From a virus (taxonomy: Duplodnaviria; Caudoviricetes), in IMG/VR virus record IMGVR_UViG_3300016476_000967, positions 1 to 29,191 of that record: a stretch of 29,191 nucleotides of DNA; one strand, given 5' to 3'. The notes under the pieces are model-generated. The model did no database searches and was not told the DNA's origin. It saw only the letters and a program-made list of their open reading frames with translations. Made by a program: the position numbers and the translations under genes. Positions 1 through 8,119 of the stretch are shown here, piece after piece. Each line of letters starts with the position of its first letter. Positions within the stretch are counted from its first letter, which is position 1.

Positions 1-1061
1 TCGAAGTGTTTCAGCTTGCCAGGAACGAACGGCAGATTATAGGTAGTCAGTGCAACACGAGCACCCATAACAGTCAGTTCGGTAGTAAAGTTTTGCATCA
101 TGAATGCAAAGAAGTTATCTGCCATGTTATGCCAATCTTGGTTGGGCTTACCGCCAAGCTTTTCTGCTTGATCCTTAAGCTCATAGCAGAGGCTAATTAC
201 CATGCTGTACATAGCAGAGATTTCTTTGATCTTGAGCTCAGTGACCTTACCGCTCAGAACTTCTTCAGGACGGGGCAGCTGACCCGCAATCTTGCGGTGA
301 GCCATGAACTTAACTGCAACACCTTCACCAACAGCACCTGAGATCAGATCAGTCAGTTCGCTGTCAGAGCAGTCGTCATCTTCCAGCAACTCGGAAACGA
401 AAGTCCAAGAACGCGGAGTAGCAAACGAGCGCGAGCTAGAACGGGGATCAAAGTCGTAGAGGTCCTGCTTAGCAAAACCAATGTAACCAACCACATCCTT
501 GTGGATCTGATTAGTAACAGCCCAGTTCTCCCAGGCAGCATGATCCACACGCATCTCAAGGTGAACGAAACGGTTGGCCAGCGGAGCAGGCATGCGGAAA
601 GTAACACCCTTGTCGCTTTCACGGTTACCAGCAGCAATAACAACCACATTATCGGGAAGCTTATACTTACCGATACGACGGTTCAGAATCAGCTGATAGG
701 CAGCAGCCTGAATCGACGGAGCAGCGGAGTTCATTTCGTCAAGGAACAGAACTACAACGGGATACTGGCTAGCAGTTTCTTCGCTGGGCAGGTCGATAGG
801 AGCAGCCCAGTCCATTAGGCCGAGGTCCTTGTTAAAATAAGGAATACCGCGCAGGTCGGTAGGTTCCATCTGAGCAAGACGCAGGTCGATCATCAAACCG
901 CCCATGTCAGTTGCAATGCTATCTACCAGTTCGGATTTACCGATACCGGGAGGACCCCATAGGAACAGGGGACGCTTCTTTTTGAAGCATTTCATAATAC
1001 TGCGACGAGCAGTTTCTGCAGTTACGGTACGATGTTCAGACACAGTTTCACCTTTAGCCAT
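1..1061 (-). CDS. MoxR-like AAA+ ATPase (3' end runs off the window)
   Basis: Not in the ORF track; translated by hand: MAKGETVSEHRTVTAETARRSIMKCFKKKRPLFLWGPPGIGKS (Walker A)...VVLFLDEMNSA (Walker B)...AAGNRESD...PLANRFVH (Arg finger). SD AAAGGAG precedes the ATG at 1061; no stop before position 1. Confidence 0.9.
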   Translation of the reverse strand, partial: MAKGETVSEHRTVTAETARRSIMKCFKKKRPLFLWGPPGIGKSELVDSIATDMGGLMIDLRLAQMEPTDLRGIPYFNKDLGLMDWAAPIDLPSEETASQYPVVVLFLDEMNSAAPSIQAAAYQLILNRRIGKYKLPDNVVVIAAGNRESDKGVTFRMPAPLANRFVHLEMRVDHAAWENWAVTNQIHKDVVGYIGFAKQDLYDFDPRSSSRSFATPRSWTFVSELLEDDDCSDSELTDLISGAVGEGVAVKFMAHRKIAGQLPRPEEVLSGKVTELKIKEISAMYSMVISLCYELKDQAEKLGGKPNQDWHNMADNFFAFMMQNFTTELTVMGARVALTTYNLPFVPGKLKHF

Positions 1062-1087
1062 TTGGCACTCCTTTGTTACAAAACTAA

Positions 1088-1116
1088 ATTATATGAGAAT
1101 TGCGAATTATTGTCTG
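1088..1116 (-). promoter_or_regulatory. sigma70-type promoter for the AAA ATPase
   Basis: CAGACA-17 bp-TATAAT on the minus strand, followed by GTAACAAAGGAG leader and ATG. Confidence 0.6.
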
Positions 1117-1122
1117 TTGTTT

Positions 1123-1530
1123 TTAAACAACCTGATAGGACTTGTCCCAGCGACCGATGTTGACGTCGATATACCAGCCCACGTCAAAGTAGTCGGTCTG
1201 GATGTCGCTGCGGTCATAGTTGCCAGCATTCATGGCAGGGATCACTTCTTCAAGGAACTTAAGAGCCTTACCATCGAAATGGTTCTTGTAGTGATAAGGA
1301 TTCACGTCGATACTTTGGGTAGCAGGACGGAACTGATTATAACTAGGACGGGATTCTTGCGAGCCCAGGCGGTTAAAAGACTCGAAGAAATCGATGCTGC
1401 CTTCTTTAATGTTCAGCACTAGAGTGCTGTGGTTGCGAACAGCGAGGCTGGCTTTGACATTGTACTTTTTGCAAATAGCCTTGATCTTAGGGGCCAGCTT
1501 CTTTTTGAGTTCCTGGGAAACATACGCCAT
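1123..1530 (-). CDS. Hypothetical early phage protein (C-terminal NYDRSDIQTDYFDVGWY motif reminiscent of LPD29-like domains)
   Basis: 135 aa ORF with SD CAGGAG and its own promoter; domain resemblance is from memory only. Confidence 0.7.
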   Translation of the reverse strand: MAYVSQELKKKLAPKIKAICKKYNVKASLAVRNHSTLVLNIKEGSIDFFESFNRLGSQESRPSYNQFRPATQSIDVNPYHYKNHFDGKALKFLEEVIPAMNAGNYDRSDIQTDYFDVGWYIDVNIGRWDKSYQVV

Positions 1531-1535
1531 TTTGG

Positions 1536-1591
1536 ACTCCTGTTTTGTTACGCTATGAATATATTATACAACCAAACTGATTATTCGGCAA
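1536..1591 (-). promoter_or_regulatory. Early sigma70 promoter/leader cassette, copy 1
   Basis: TTGCCG(1591-1586)-17 bp-TATAAT(1568-1563), then ATATTCATAGCGTAACAAAACAGGAGT. Confidence 0.8.
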
Positions 1592-1811
1592 CTGTTTCTC
1601 GCTGTAGGACGGGTTTATCCACAACAAGAGAGGCTGCAATAGCCCTGGGAACCATCGCGTCGCTGACAGTATCCCACCGACGATCACAGGCAGTTTCACG
1701 CTGGATAACAAAACGAACCAGCTCGCCGCCAGTGTCCTCGACAGTAATCACACCGCTGTAGCGGTAGATTTGGGTAGCTGCCAGCTGGGCTTCGTATTCA
1801 GTGCGGATCAT
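1581..1811 (-). CDS. Hypothetical early protein, 76 aa
   Basis: ORF with SD CAGGAG directly downstream of promoter cassette copy 2. Confidence 0.7.
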   Translation of the reverse strand: MIRTEYEAQLAATQIYRYSGVITVEDTGGELVRFVIQRETACDRRWDTVSDAMVPRAIAASLVVDKPVLQRETVAE

Positions 1812-1815
1812 TTCA

Positions 1816-1871
1816 ACTCCTGTTTTGTTACGCTATGAGTATATTATAACAAATCGGCGAATTTCGAACAA
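1816..1871 (-). promoter_or_regulatory. Early sigma70 promoter/leader cassette, copy 2
   Basis: TTGTTC(1871-1866)-17 bp-TATAAT(1848-1843), then ATACTCATAGCGTAACAAAACAGGAGT. Confidence 0.75.
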
Positions 1872-1883
1872 CCAAAATTTTTG

Positions 1884-1899
1884 TAATACTTAGGTATTA
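1884..1899. promoter_or_regulatory. Near-palindromic putative operator TAATACTTAGGTATTA
   Basis: 16 bp imperfect palindrome just upstream of the -35 box; a second copy lies at 2403-2418. Confidence 0.45.
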
Positions 1900-2034
1900 A
1901 CTATTAATGGTCTCAAACGGGCTGTATTCTTCCCGTTGTTTTTTAGCCGCAGCTTCAGTTTTTCGGATGTCGTAGACAATGTAAACGGTGCCAACGATGG
2001 ACGCAATGATTACTAGAAAGCCAACAAAGTCCAT
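1897..2034 (-). CDS. Small single-pass membrane protein, 45 aa
   Basis: Below the ORF-track cutoff. MDFVGFLVIIASIVGTVYIVYDIRKTEAAAKKQREEYSPFETINS*; strong SD AAGGAG; N-terminal hydrophobic helix. Confidence 0.7.
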   Translation of the reverse strand: MDFVGFLVIIASIVGTVYIVYDIRKTEAAAKKQREEYSPFETINS

Positions 2035-2061
2035 GTTTTACTCCTTGGTACTAAAGTTTAA

Positions 2062-2343
2062 TTAAACAGCTTCGATCATGTTAGCAGGCACGCGCCACAG
2101 GCTACCCGCGGTCTTAACAGTGATATATTTGATAGCCACTTTGGTCACCGTGCCTTGCTGCGGACCATTTTTGCTGCTAAGGAATCTGACTTGGGAGCCC
2201 ACAGTGACTGAACGCTTAGCCTGCTTGGCCAAGTTAGCGCGGGCAAACTTAATCGCGCCGATGACGGAGTCTAGTTCGGTGTTGGTAAGGTTACCGAACA
2301 TGATTGCGGAATTGATTTGCTGAACGGTACTGAGCTGTTCCAT
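2062..2343 (-). CDS. Hypothetical early protein (C-terminal SH3-like beta segment)
   Basis: 93 aa ORF, SD GAGG, own promoter; VGSQVRF..GTVTKVAIKYITVKT..WRVPANMI pattern. Confidence 0.75.
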   Translation of the reverse strand: MEQLSTVQQINSAIMFGNLTNTELDSVIGAIKFARANLAKQAKRSVTVGSQVRFLSSKNGPQQGTVTKVAIKYITVKTAGSLWRVPANMIEAV

Positions 2344-2372
2344 TTCTGCCTCGCTTTGTTTACGATTTTGTA

Positions 2373-2401
2373 ATTGTAGCGAAAACGTGAATTTCGAACA
2401 A
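2373..2401 (-). promoter_or_regulatory. Early sigma70 promoter, copy 3
   Basis: TTGTTC-17 bp-TACAAT; shares TTGTTCGAAATTC with the promoter at 1859-1871. Confidence 0.7.
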
Positions 2402-2402
2402 G

Positions 2403-2418
2403 TACTACCTAAGTATTA
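2403..2418. promoter_or_regulatory. Second copy of the putative operator (TACTACCTAAGTATTA)
   Basis: 15/16 match to the reverse complement of 1884-1899; abuts the -35 box. Confidence 0.45.
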
Positions 2419-2783
2419 GTTTCTAAGTTATCCAAATAGCCAGCTAAATCGTTTGCCTGCAGCTCAAGCCAAACGGCATCCTGTTCGTCAAACACAATAA
2501 ATTTATTAGTGCGACTCCAGTAGTAGTAGGGCCCGGGAAAAAGACGCTCGAGCTGTATAAGGTTCTTATTGGTCAACGGCTTATCGAGCTCGAAATAATA
2601 AGCTTTGAGTTTGAGTTCCTTAATTAAGAATTGGAACCCGGTCATGCTTAATCTGAGACTGGTATCGTTAGTGAAGTTATGCCAAATGAATTTTAAATCA
2701 GCAATGGCCCGCTTAGACTGCTCACTAAAGATTTTTGTGAGTTGTAATTGTGTGTACCGCTTAGGGGTAGACTTTATCACCAC
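2409..2783 (-). CDS. Hypothetical protein, 124 aa
   Basis: Co-oriented ORF overlapping the upstream gene by 23 bp. Confidence 0.7.
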   Translation of the reverse strand: MVIKSTPKRYTQLQLTKIFSEQSKRAIADLKFIWHNFTNDTSLRLSMTGFQFLIKELKLKAYYFELDKPLTNKNLIQLERLFPGPYYYWSRTNKFIVFDEQDAVWLELQANDLAGYLDNLETNT

Positions 2784-3048
2784 TTTTTAGTAATACAACA
2801 GTGAACTTATCAGTCTTGAACAAACTGTTAAGCTTCTTTGCTAAGTTAATAGCATGACCAGGATTTGAAAAACTAGTCTTCTTATATTTGGGTCCTGGAT
2901 AACTTACTAGCATATTGCTAGACTTTAAGTTGATGGGTTGACCATCGTAGTGAACAGCCCAAATACCCTCACTACTTAAAACTTGCTCGCTTTTGTAGTT
3001 TGTTTTGTTGATGTGTTCAATCAGAACTGTTGGTTTAGGTCTGCTCAT
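2761..3048 (-). CDS. Hypothetical basic protein, 95 aa
   Basis: ORF in operon-like packing, downstream of an ATAAATA motif. Confidence 0.75.
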   Translation of the reverse strand: MSRPKPTVLIEHINKTNYKSEQVLSSEGIWAVHYDGQPINLKSSNMLVSYPGPKYKKTSFSNPGHAINLAKKLNSLFKTDKFTVVLLKSGDKVYP

Positions 3049-3068
3049 AGTATTTTACCAGCTGCAAT

Positions 3069-3075
3069 TATTTAT
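3069..3075 (-). promoter_or_regulatory. Possible T4-like late promoter (ATAAATA)
   Basis: GATAAATAAT on the minus strand in an intergenic gap 21 bp before an ATG; resembles the T4 TATAAATA consensus. Confidence 0.4.
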
Positions 3076-3096
3076 CTTCTTTATATGCGTAGATAA

Positions 3097-3321
3097 TTAA
3101 AAATTCCCGCCGTCCATGCCAACAGTAATTACTTCAACTTCTTGTCGATTTTCGTGAACTTTTTTGCTTAAAGTGTAGCAATGATTAAGCAAATCAAACA
3201 AATCTGCATGGATATTGCGGGCTTCTTGTGCAGTAAGGGTAAGTTGCTTGCCCTGTGACTGATTTAGCAGTTTAACCTTATCGTTAAACATTTTTAAGTG
3301 AAGTGTTAGATTGCTTTCCAT
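3097..3321 (-). CDS. Hypothetical protein, 74 aa
   Basis: ORF with SD AAGG, tight packing. Confidence 0.7.
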   Translation of the reverse strand: MESNLTLHLKMFNDKVKLLNQSQGKQLTLTAQEARNIHADLFDLLNHCYTLSKKVHENRQEVEVITVGMDGGNF

Positions 3322-3331
3322 GATTGACCTT

Positions 3332-3805
3332 TCATTTTGCCAATTTAAGTTGTTCTTGCATTTCTGCTTTTGTTTTAAAAGGGCCTTTAAATTCGTATCT
3401 GTTTAGCGTAATAAATTTCGGGCAGTAGCTTTTTACCCAGCCATTATTAAATTTAATAATATAGTAGCCAGCACAGTAATAGCTTTTGCTTTTACTTGTT
3501 TTAGTATAGATAGGAAAATGATGCTTTACATCGTATAGTACATTCCACGGCTTAGTGCCGACAGGATATCCGTGAATTTCGTGCCCTTGTTGAGCCGATT
3601 TTTCTTTTTCTTGTACGCTGCTGTCAAACTTAATATTATGTTCTTTACTAAGAACCTTAATTGAAGCATAGCGTTGTCTTGCTTGATCTTGCACATACAC
3701 AAAACCACCATCTTCCACAGCTTGTATAGTTGCAATCTTGTTGCCTTCTGCTTCTACAATCCAAAACTTATTTTTAATTATAGGTTTCGCAATTAGTTCT
3801 GTCAT
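3332..3805 (-). CDS. Hypothetical protein (start probably MTELIAK at 3805)
   Basis: ATGA overlap with the upstream stop at 3802-3805 favours this start over 3877. Confidence 0.75.
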   Translation of the reverse strand: MTELIAKPIIKNKFWIVEAEGNKIATIQAVEDGGFVYVQDQARQRYASIKVLSKEHNIKFDSSVQEKEKSAQQGHEIHGYPVGTKPWNVLYDVKHHFPIYTKTSKSKSYYCAGYYIIKFNNGWVKSYCPKFITLNRYEFKGPFKTKAEMQEQLKLAK

Positions 3806-4167
3806 AGTATCATAATCCCTGCATAAAAAATATAGCACAGTTGATGTGCCATTTGATCCAACCCTAAATGATTCCAAAATTTAGGATTGTTAATATCTCT
3901 ATTGCCCCAATTCATTTTTGCCCAATCGATATGATAATGCAAAAATATATCTGCGATTGCTACAGTGAGTAAGTATACAAAATACTCTCCGCCTGTAACA
4001 ATCCATAGTGCCACCAAAGTTCCGAGGCCGTGCTTAATGCTATGTTTGGCACCCAGCCAGTTGCCGTAGATTCCTTTATGCGCTACTTCAACATTATTTT
4101 GATTTACAAAATCAATATACCAGTGTTTTATTTGCAATAACACTAAAAGCACTAAGACTTCGATCAT
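3802..4167 (-). CDS. DUF3307-like membrane protein (putative metal-binding hydrolase)
   Basis: Hydrophobic helices with KHWYIDF, HSIKH, HYHIDWAK and DQMAHQ motifs typical of DUF3307. Confidence 0.7.
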   Translation of the reverse strand: MIEVLVLLVLLQIKHWYIDFVNQNNVEVAHKGIYGNWLGAKHSIKHGLGTLVALWIVTGGEYFVYLLTVAIADIFLHYHIDWAKMNWGNRDINNPKFWNHLGLDQMAHQLCYIFYAGIMIL

Positions 4168-4322
4168 TTTTCTTTACTCTTCTGAAATCTGTATTCTCGC
4201 CGAAGCCACCATTTGTACTGTGCGAAATATTCTTTAAGAGTATGCGGTTGCAGATGCCACTCTAAACGTTCTTCGTTGTTTTCAAACCAAAGTTCTTGCA
4301 GCCAATTACGAAATGGTTTCAT
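4164..4322 (-). CDS. Small Trp-rich hypothetical protein, 52 aa
   Basis: Below the ORF-track cutoff. MKPFRNWLQELWFENNEERLEWHLQPHTLKEYFAQYKWWLRREYRFQKSKEK*; fills the gap exactly, with an ATGA overlap to the next gene. Confidence 0.7.
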   Translation of the reverse strand: MKPFRNWLQELWFENNEERLEWHLQPHTLKEYFAQYKWWLRREYRFQKSKEK

Positions 4323-4545
4323 GATGTGTCTCCGATCCTTCTGACAGCTTGCCCCACATTAGTTCCGATTCCAACATATAAGCATCTACAGTGATCCAGC
4401 CCTTCATGAGCCACTGGTATACCATGTGTTGAAACTCCGATGGCATTTTGTCACTCAAAGATAAGCTGGCCCGGCGAGCAAGCATGATGCCGTCCATAAT
4501 CATAAAGTCTGGACTACCTGCAGGAATTTTAACAATTTTTGACAT
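4306..4545 (-). CDS. Hypothetical protein, 79 aa
   Basis: Co-oriented ORF with tight packing. Confidence 0.6.
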   Translation of the reverse strand: MSKIVKIPAGSPDFMIMDGIMLARRASLSLSDKMPSEFQHMVYQWLMKGWITVDAYMLESELMWGKLSEGSETHHETIS

Positions 4546-4549
4546 TTGA

Positions 4550-5371
4550 TTAACAGTTACTTTTTATAAAATCGTGAATTACTTTTGTTGACTTTGGGTA
4601 TACATCGTCGCTAAACATGGGGCCTTCGAACAAATTTAGTATTTCGGTTAACAAATAGTTAATGTATGATTCTATGTAAATGTTTTCTTCGATTTCAACG
4701 TCATTGCCTAGCAAAATATCGTTTAATAATTTTTGTCCTTGTTGATATATGCTCATGCCTTGATTTTTTGCAATAAAATCATGCCAATCGTTTATTAAGT
4801 TATTGTCTACAGTTAGCGATCCCATCCCTAGAAATTTTGCAATTTCTTTTAGTTCTTTTATAAAATCTAATAAGGAAAAAAAACTGTTGTAGCTAAAATG
4901 AAAATTTTTATAACCATCAAAATTTAGTTTTTCTTTTTGACCGTAATGCCCTTCAATAAGCTTAGTGTACAGGTCATTTCTTACCACATGCCTTGCATTG
5001 GAGTTATGATTTTTGTAAATTCTTTCCAGCTGAAACGCTTCAATGTCTTTGGCGCTAACACTTTTATTCACATTTTCCGGCATGCACCTGTGAAATATAT
5101 TTGTAAGTAAGACAATATTAAACTTATAGTCGCAGACTATATGAATAATATTTTTGGTTTCGGCAGGGATAGGGTCATTTAAATAGGAAACGTGCTTAAG
5201 AACTGCCGATCTGTTTTCTTTATATTCACTGTCATTATTTTTTGCATGAGCTGCACCGGACGAAAAAAACACAGGCCCGTTAAAAGAAACCTTAAAGATA
5301 TATCGATTAACAATATATTCTAAAAAGTTTCCATGAACTCCTGGGTCGCCGTTGATGACAGTAGTAATCAT
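4550..5371 (-). CDS. AT-rich hypothetical protein, possibly P-loop/sulfotransferase-like fold
   Basis: 273 aa; N-terminal beta strand followed by GDPGVHGNFL, loosely like a PAPS/P-loop start; ATGA overlap with the rnh stop. Confidence 0.6.
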   Translation of the reverse strand: MITTVINGDPGVHGNFLEYIVNRYIFKVSFNGPVFFSSGAAHAKNNDSEYKENRSAVLKHVSYLNDPIPAETKNIIHIVCDYKFNIVLLTNIFHRCMPENVNKSVSAKDIEAFQLERIYKNHNSNARHVVRNDLYTKLIEGHYGQKEKLNFDGYKNFHFSYNSFFSLLDFIKELKEIAKFLGMGSLTVDNNLINDWHDFIAKNQGMSIYQQGQKLLNDILLGNDVEIEENIYIESYINYLLTEILNLFEGPMFSDDVYPKSTKVIHDFIKSNC

Positions 5372-6357
5372 TCTGGATAGCTTGCTGATAGAAATTCGCT
5401 GTAGCTATTGGCATGCTCGCTAAGTTTAACCAGTTCATACTTGCCACAGAACTTAAGGAACTGTGCGCCAATCATTGGGCGGTCAAGCTTAACACTATTC
5501 TTGGCAATAGTTTCTGCAATAAGAACCTTAATGTTGTCTGGCTGTGCAGTTAGATCAATAAGAGTCTTGTTGCGGTTGTAATCATCTAGCACACGATGTT
5601 CTTCGCCGTTGTGATCGGTCCAGGTCTGTAGCATCATGTTATTCCAATTGAAACCCTTCTTGTCCATGTCAGCATAAGCTTCAATCAGACCAACTTTGTT
5701 CTTGCTGCCTTTAGTGCGAACACCAGGATATGCACTGAACACATTGTCGGTGGGGTCACCACGCATGCATTTTTCAAACAGAATAAACTTAGGATCTGGA
5801 ATCTTCTTGGGTTCCTTAGTCTTCTTATCAATGACAGGCTTGCCCTTTTTGTCAAAGATGCCTTCCAGTGTGTGCAACTCGTCTGCAACACCGTTGTATT
5901 GTTTGACATTGGTAGCTAGCAATTGATGAAAGTCGCTGTCACTACTAACAATGATATGCTCGTCATCCGGATGACTTTGAATCCAACCTGCAATAAGGTC
6001 GTCTGCTTCTAGTTCGGGATGCTGCAGAACTGTGCAGTTGGTCTTTTCACTAAGATAAGTCTTAATGTTGTCAAATGTTTCCCAGAATAGCTTGTCTTCT
6101 TCTGCTTCTGCTTCAGTAAGGGCAGCACGGGCTACAGCACGATTCTTTTTGTAAGGCTCGTAAAAGTCTTTGCGCCAGCTGCGACCTTCTAAACAGAAGA
6201 CCACGTGGTCAGCTTTTTGGTCGCGCCATGCTTTGTTCACACTACCTAGTGTAACGTGAATAGCGAAGCCAAGCCGGTCCCAAGTGTCGCTTTGACGATG
6301 TGCCGCATGCCTTGCGCGGAAAAATGTATTGGCAGTATCAACGATTAAGTAACGCAT
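5368..6357 (-). CDS. rnh: T4-type RNase H / 5'-3' flap exonuclease
   Basis: LIVDTAN, SWRKDFYEPYKKNR, LEADDLIA, IVSSDSDFHQL and GDPTDNV motifs of the FEN/5' nuclease family. Confidence 0.92.
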   Translation of the reverse strand: MRYLIVDTANTFFRARHAAHRQSDTWDRLGFAIHVTLGSVNKAWRDQKADHVVFCLEGRSWRKDFYEPYKKNRAVARAALTEAEAEEDKLFWETFDNIKTYLSEKTNCTVLQHPELEADDLIAGWIQSHPDDEHIIVSSDSDFHQLLATNVKQYNGVADELHTLEGIFDKKGKPVIDKKTKEPKKIPDPKFILFEKCMRGDPTDNVFSAYPGVRTKGSKNKVGLIEAYADMDKKGFNWNNMMLQTWTDHNGEEHRVLDDYNRNKTLIDLTAQPDNIKVLIAETIAKNSVKLDRPMIGAQFLKFCGKYELVKLSEHANSYSEFLSASYPE

Positions 6358-6363
6358 GCAATA

Positions 6364-6392
6364 ATAGTAGCATATTATAAAATACGTGTCAA
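6364..6392 (-). promoter_or_regulatory. sigma70 promoter, probably giving a leaderless rnh mRNA
   Basis: TTGACA-17 bp-TACTAT with extended TG; ATG 6 nt after the -10 box; no SD. Confidence 0.7.
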
Positions 6393-6857
6393 TGGCTTTA
6401 TCAAATTACCGGCCCATGCTCTATGTGCGTCCGGACCAAAATAACCAAATTCATCTGTATCAAAATTTCGATCCGTTAACCATTTAACATAGTCTTCGGA
6501 CGGATACAGTATATGTTTAATTCCTTGAGCTTTGAGTTGTTTACCAAATTCGCTCAGTTGTTCTGTATTGTTTTCTGGGAAACCTATTATAAGCACCAAG
6601 CTTTCATTTACAGGATTATTTTTAATAAAATTGTTTGCAGCATCGATGATGTCAGTATTTGTTTGGTTTGCTTTTGCTTCTACAACCAGTCTTGCTTTTA
6701 GTACTTTAGCAATATATGCGCCAAAACTTACATTTAAATTTTCTGGATGCGGCGCACCTCCCATCCACCATAGATCCATATCTTCTTCGGCACTAGTTAC
6801 ATTAACTACTGCATTTGCAGCCGCAGAGTGTGCGTCGCCATTAATGTACAATATCAT
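6375..6857 (-). CDS. SGNH-hydrolase-like paralog with degenerate active site
   Basis: ILYINGDAHS (Ser replaced by Ala) and GYFGPDAHRAWA align with the adjacent gene's VLYVNGDSHS and YHYGADAHKAWA. Confidence 0.7.
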   Translation of the reverse strand: MILYINGDAHSAAANAVVNVTSAEEDMDLWWMGGAPHPENLNVSFGAYIAKVLKARLVVEAKANQTNTDIIDAANNFIKNNPVNESLVLIIGFPENNTEQLSEFGKQLKAQGIKHILYPSEDYVKWLTDRNFDTDEFGYFGPDAHRAWAGNLIKPLTRIL

Positions 6858-7500
6858 TGTTTTTAATGTAATCGATTAAAAAATCTGCCCATGCTTTGTG
6901 TGCATCGGCGCCATAATGATAAAATTTAGGGACGGCGGGAACATATCCTTCTTTCTCTAGCCAAAAGTAATAGGTTCCGCATTTTTCATAAGGATTGATA
7001 TAATTTATTCCCCAGTCGGCCCTGGGTTTATTGAATGCAGTTGTATAGAAAAAATAAGAGTAGCAATTAAAAAAAACATGTTTGATATTTTTTTCTTTTA
7101 ACTGGGTATGCAAATCCCATATTTTTTTATAGTTTATTTCTTCTTTTTGTTGTTGAAATTTTGAATCGCAACTGTCAATAACCCATTGTTTATATCTGTC
7201 TACTAATGCGGGATGTACTGTATCGGTACCACTTGCAGTAACATTATAGGTATTGCCTTCGTATTCCCAAGTTTCTCTTTCCCATGTACTCCAACCTATA
7301 ATCATTAGATCTGGGGTGTGCTGCTCTAAATATTTGTTAGTTCTATCAATGATAGAATCGTTACTACAGCCAGCAACTGCATCGCAAACAAATTCCATGT
7401 TTAATGTTTTTGCAATGTGATTTCCGTAACTGTAATGTGGGCCGCCGGCAGCTAGGCCGGCACTATGACTATCTCCGTTTACATAAAGTACTTTTTTCAT
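6841..7500 (-). CDS. SGNH/GDSL hydrolase-like protein
   Basis: NGDSHS block I, AVAGCSN block II, IIGWS, C-terminal H-x4-AH..WA. Confidence 0.75.
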   Translation of the reverse strand: MKKVLYVNGDSHSAGLAAGGPHYSYGNHIAKTLNMEFVCDAVAGCSNDSIIDRTNKYLEQHTPDLMIIGWSTWERETWEYEGNTYNVTASGTDTVHPALVDRYKQWVIDSCDSKFQQQKEEINYKKIWDLHTQLKEKNIKHVFFNCYSYFFYTTAFNKPRADWGINYINPYEKCGTYYFWLEKEGYVPAVPKFYHYGADAHKAWADFLIDYIKNNDIVH

Positions 7501-7730
7501 TCTTTGTATGCAGGATTGGGAATAGTTAGTTCAAACACATGAAACACAGCAGTTGACCCTGCCGGTTCTTTAAGCACTTCCATAGTGCGATGATGTTCTG
7601 CTTCAGTCCTGGTTAAAAAGAAACCGGTTCCAATGGAAATGTTGTTATAACCAACAGGAGCAAAGCTTAGCCCAGATTGCTTGACCAATTGGTATATGTT
7701 TAGTGTCTTTGGGGTATCCAACGGCTCCAT
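7497..7730 (-). CDS. Hypothetical protein, 77 aa
   Basis: Tightly packed co-oriented ORF with an ATGA overlap. Confidence 0.65.
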   Translation of the reverse strand: MEPLDTPKTLNIYQLVKQSGLSFAPVGYNNISIGTGFFLTRTEAEHHRTMEVLKEPAGSTAVFHVFELTIPNPAYKE

Positions 7731-7732
7731 CT

Positions 7733-8119
7733 TTAACTCACTTCAGTGCGGCCGCCACCTACATCACGCTTTTGCACACCGCTTACTGGTCTTGGATTAT
7801 TTGCTTCGTACTGTTCAAATGTTTCAAGCACAACATTACGGCAAACATCTTGGAACCATTGGTCCACGATTTGTTGATCGTCTTTGCCTTTGTAACCTGC
7901 CCGAATTAGTTTTGCGATAAAGAATTCGTTCCAGTCTAATTCAAATGCACCATTACCGATGTTATCGGGATCTAGTTCCACACTCTCGATGTTGACCCAT
8001 GGCTCACCTTTTTCAGTAGCCAGTTCCTTTGGAGATTTTTTAATCGCCTTGGGCTTTTTCTCTTCTTTAGGCGGCCGCGGCTCTTCTGCTTTTTTAATAA
8101 ACTTGTCAAATATTCCCAT
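7733..8119 (-). CDS. Hypothetical protein, 128 aa
   Basis: SD GGAG; Lys-rich N-terminus followed by a globular domain (GAFELDWNEFF). Confidence 0.75.
   Translation of the reverse strand: MGIFDKFIKKAEEPRPPKEEKKPKAIKKSPKELATEKGEPWVNIESVELDPDNIGNGAFELDWNEFFIAKLIRAGYKGKDDQQIVDQWFQDVCRNVVLETFEQYEANNPRPVSGVQKRDVGGGRTEVS

Larger units (their letters stand above)
1536..1848. repeat. 33 bp direct repeat (1536-1568 and 1816-1848, 1 mismatch) covering -10 box, leader and SD
   Basis: actcctgttttgttacgctatga(a/g)tatattata occurs twice, 280 bp apart, bracketing the 76 aa ORF. Confidence 0.9.

Noticed and set aside
353-649. 98 aa minus-strand ORF, and similar nested ORFs (3526-3735, 5685-5909, 17224-17526, 11279-11491)
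   Set aside because: They are alternate frames inside longer genes that carry clear motifs.
1536-1848. CRISPR-like or att-site repeat
   Set aside because: There are only two copies 280 bp apart, each comprising a -10 box and SD, so a promoter cassette explains them.
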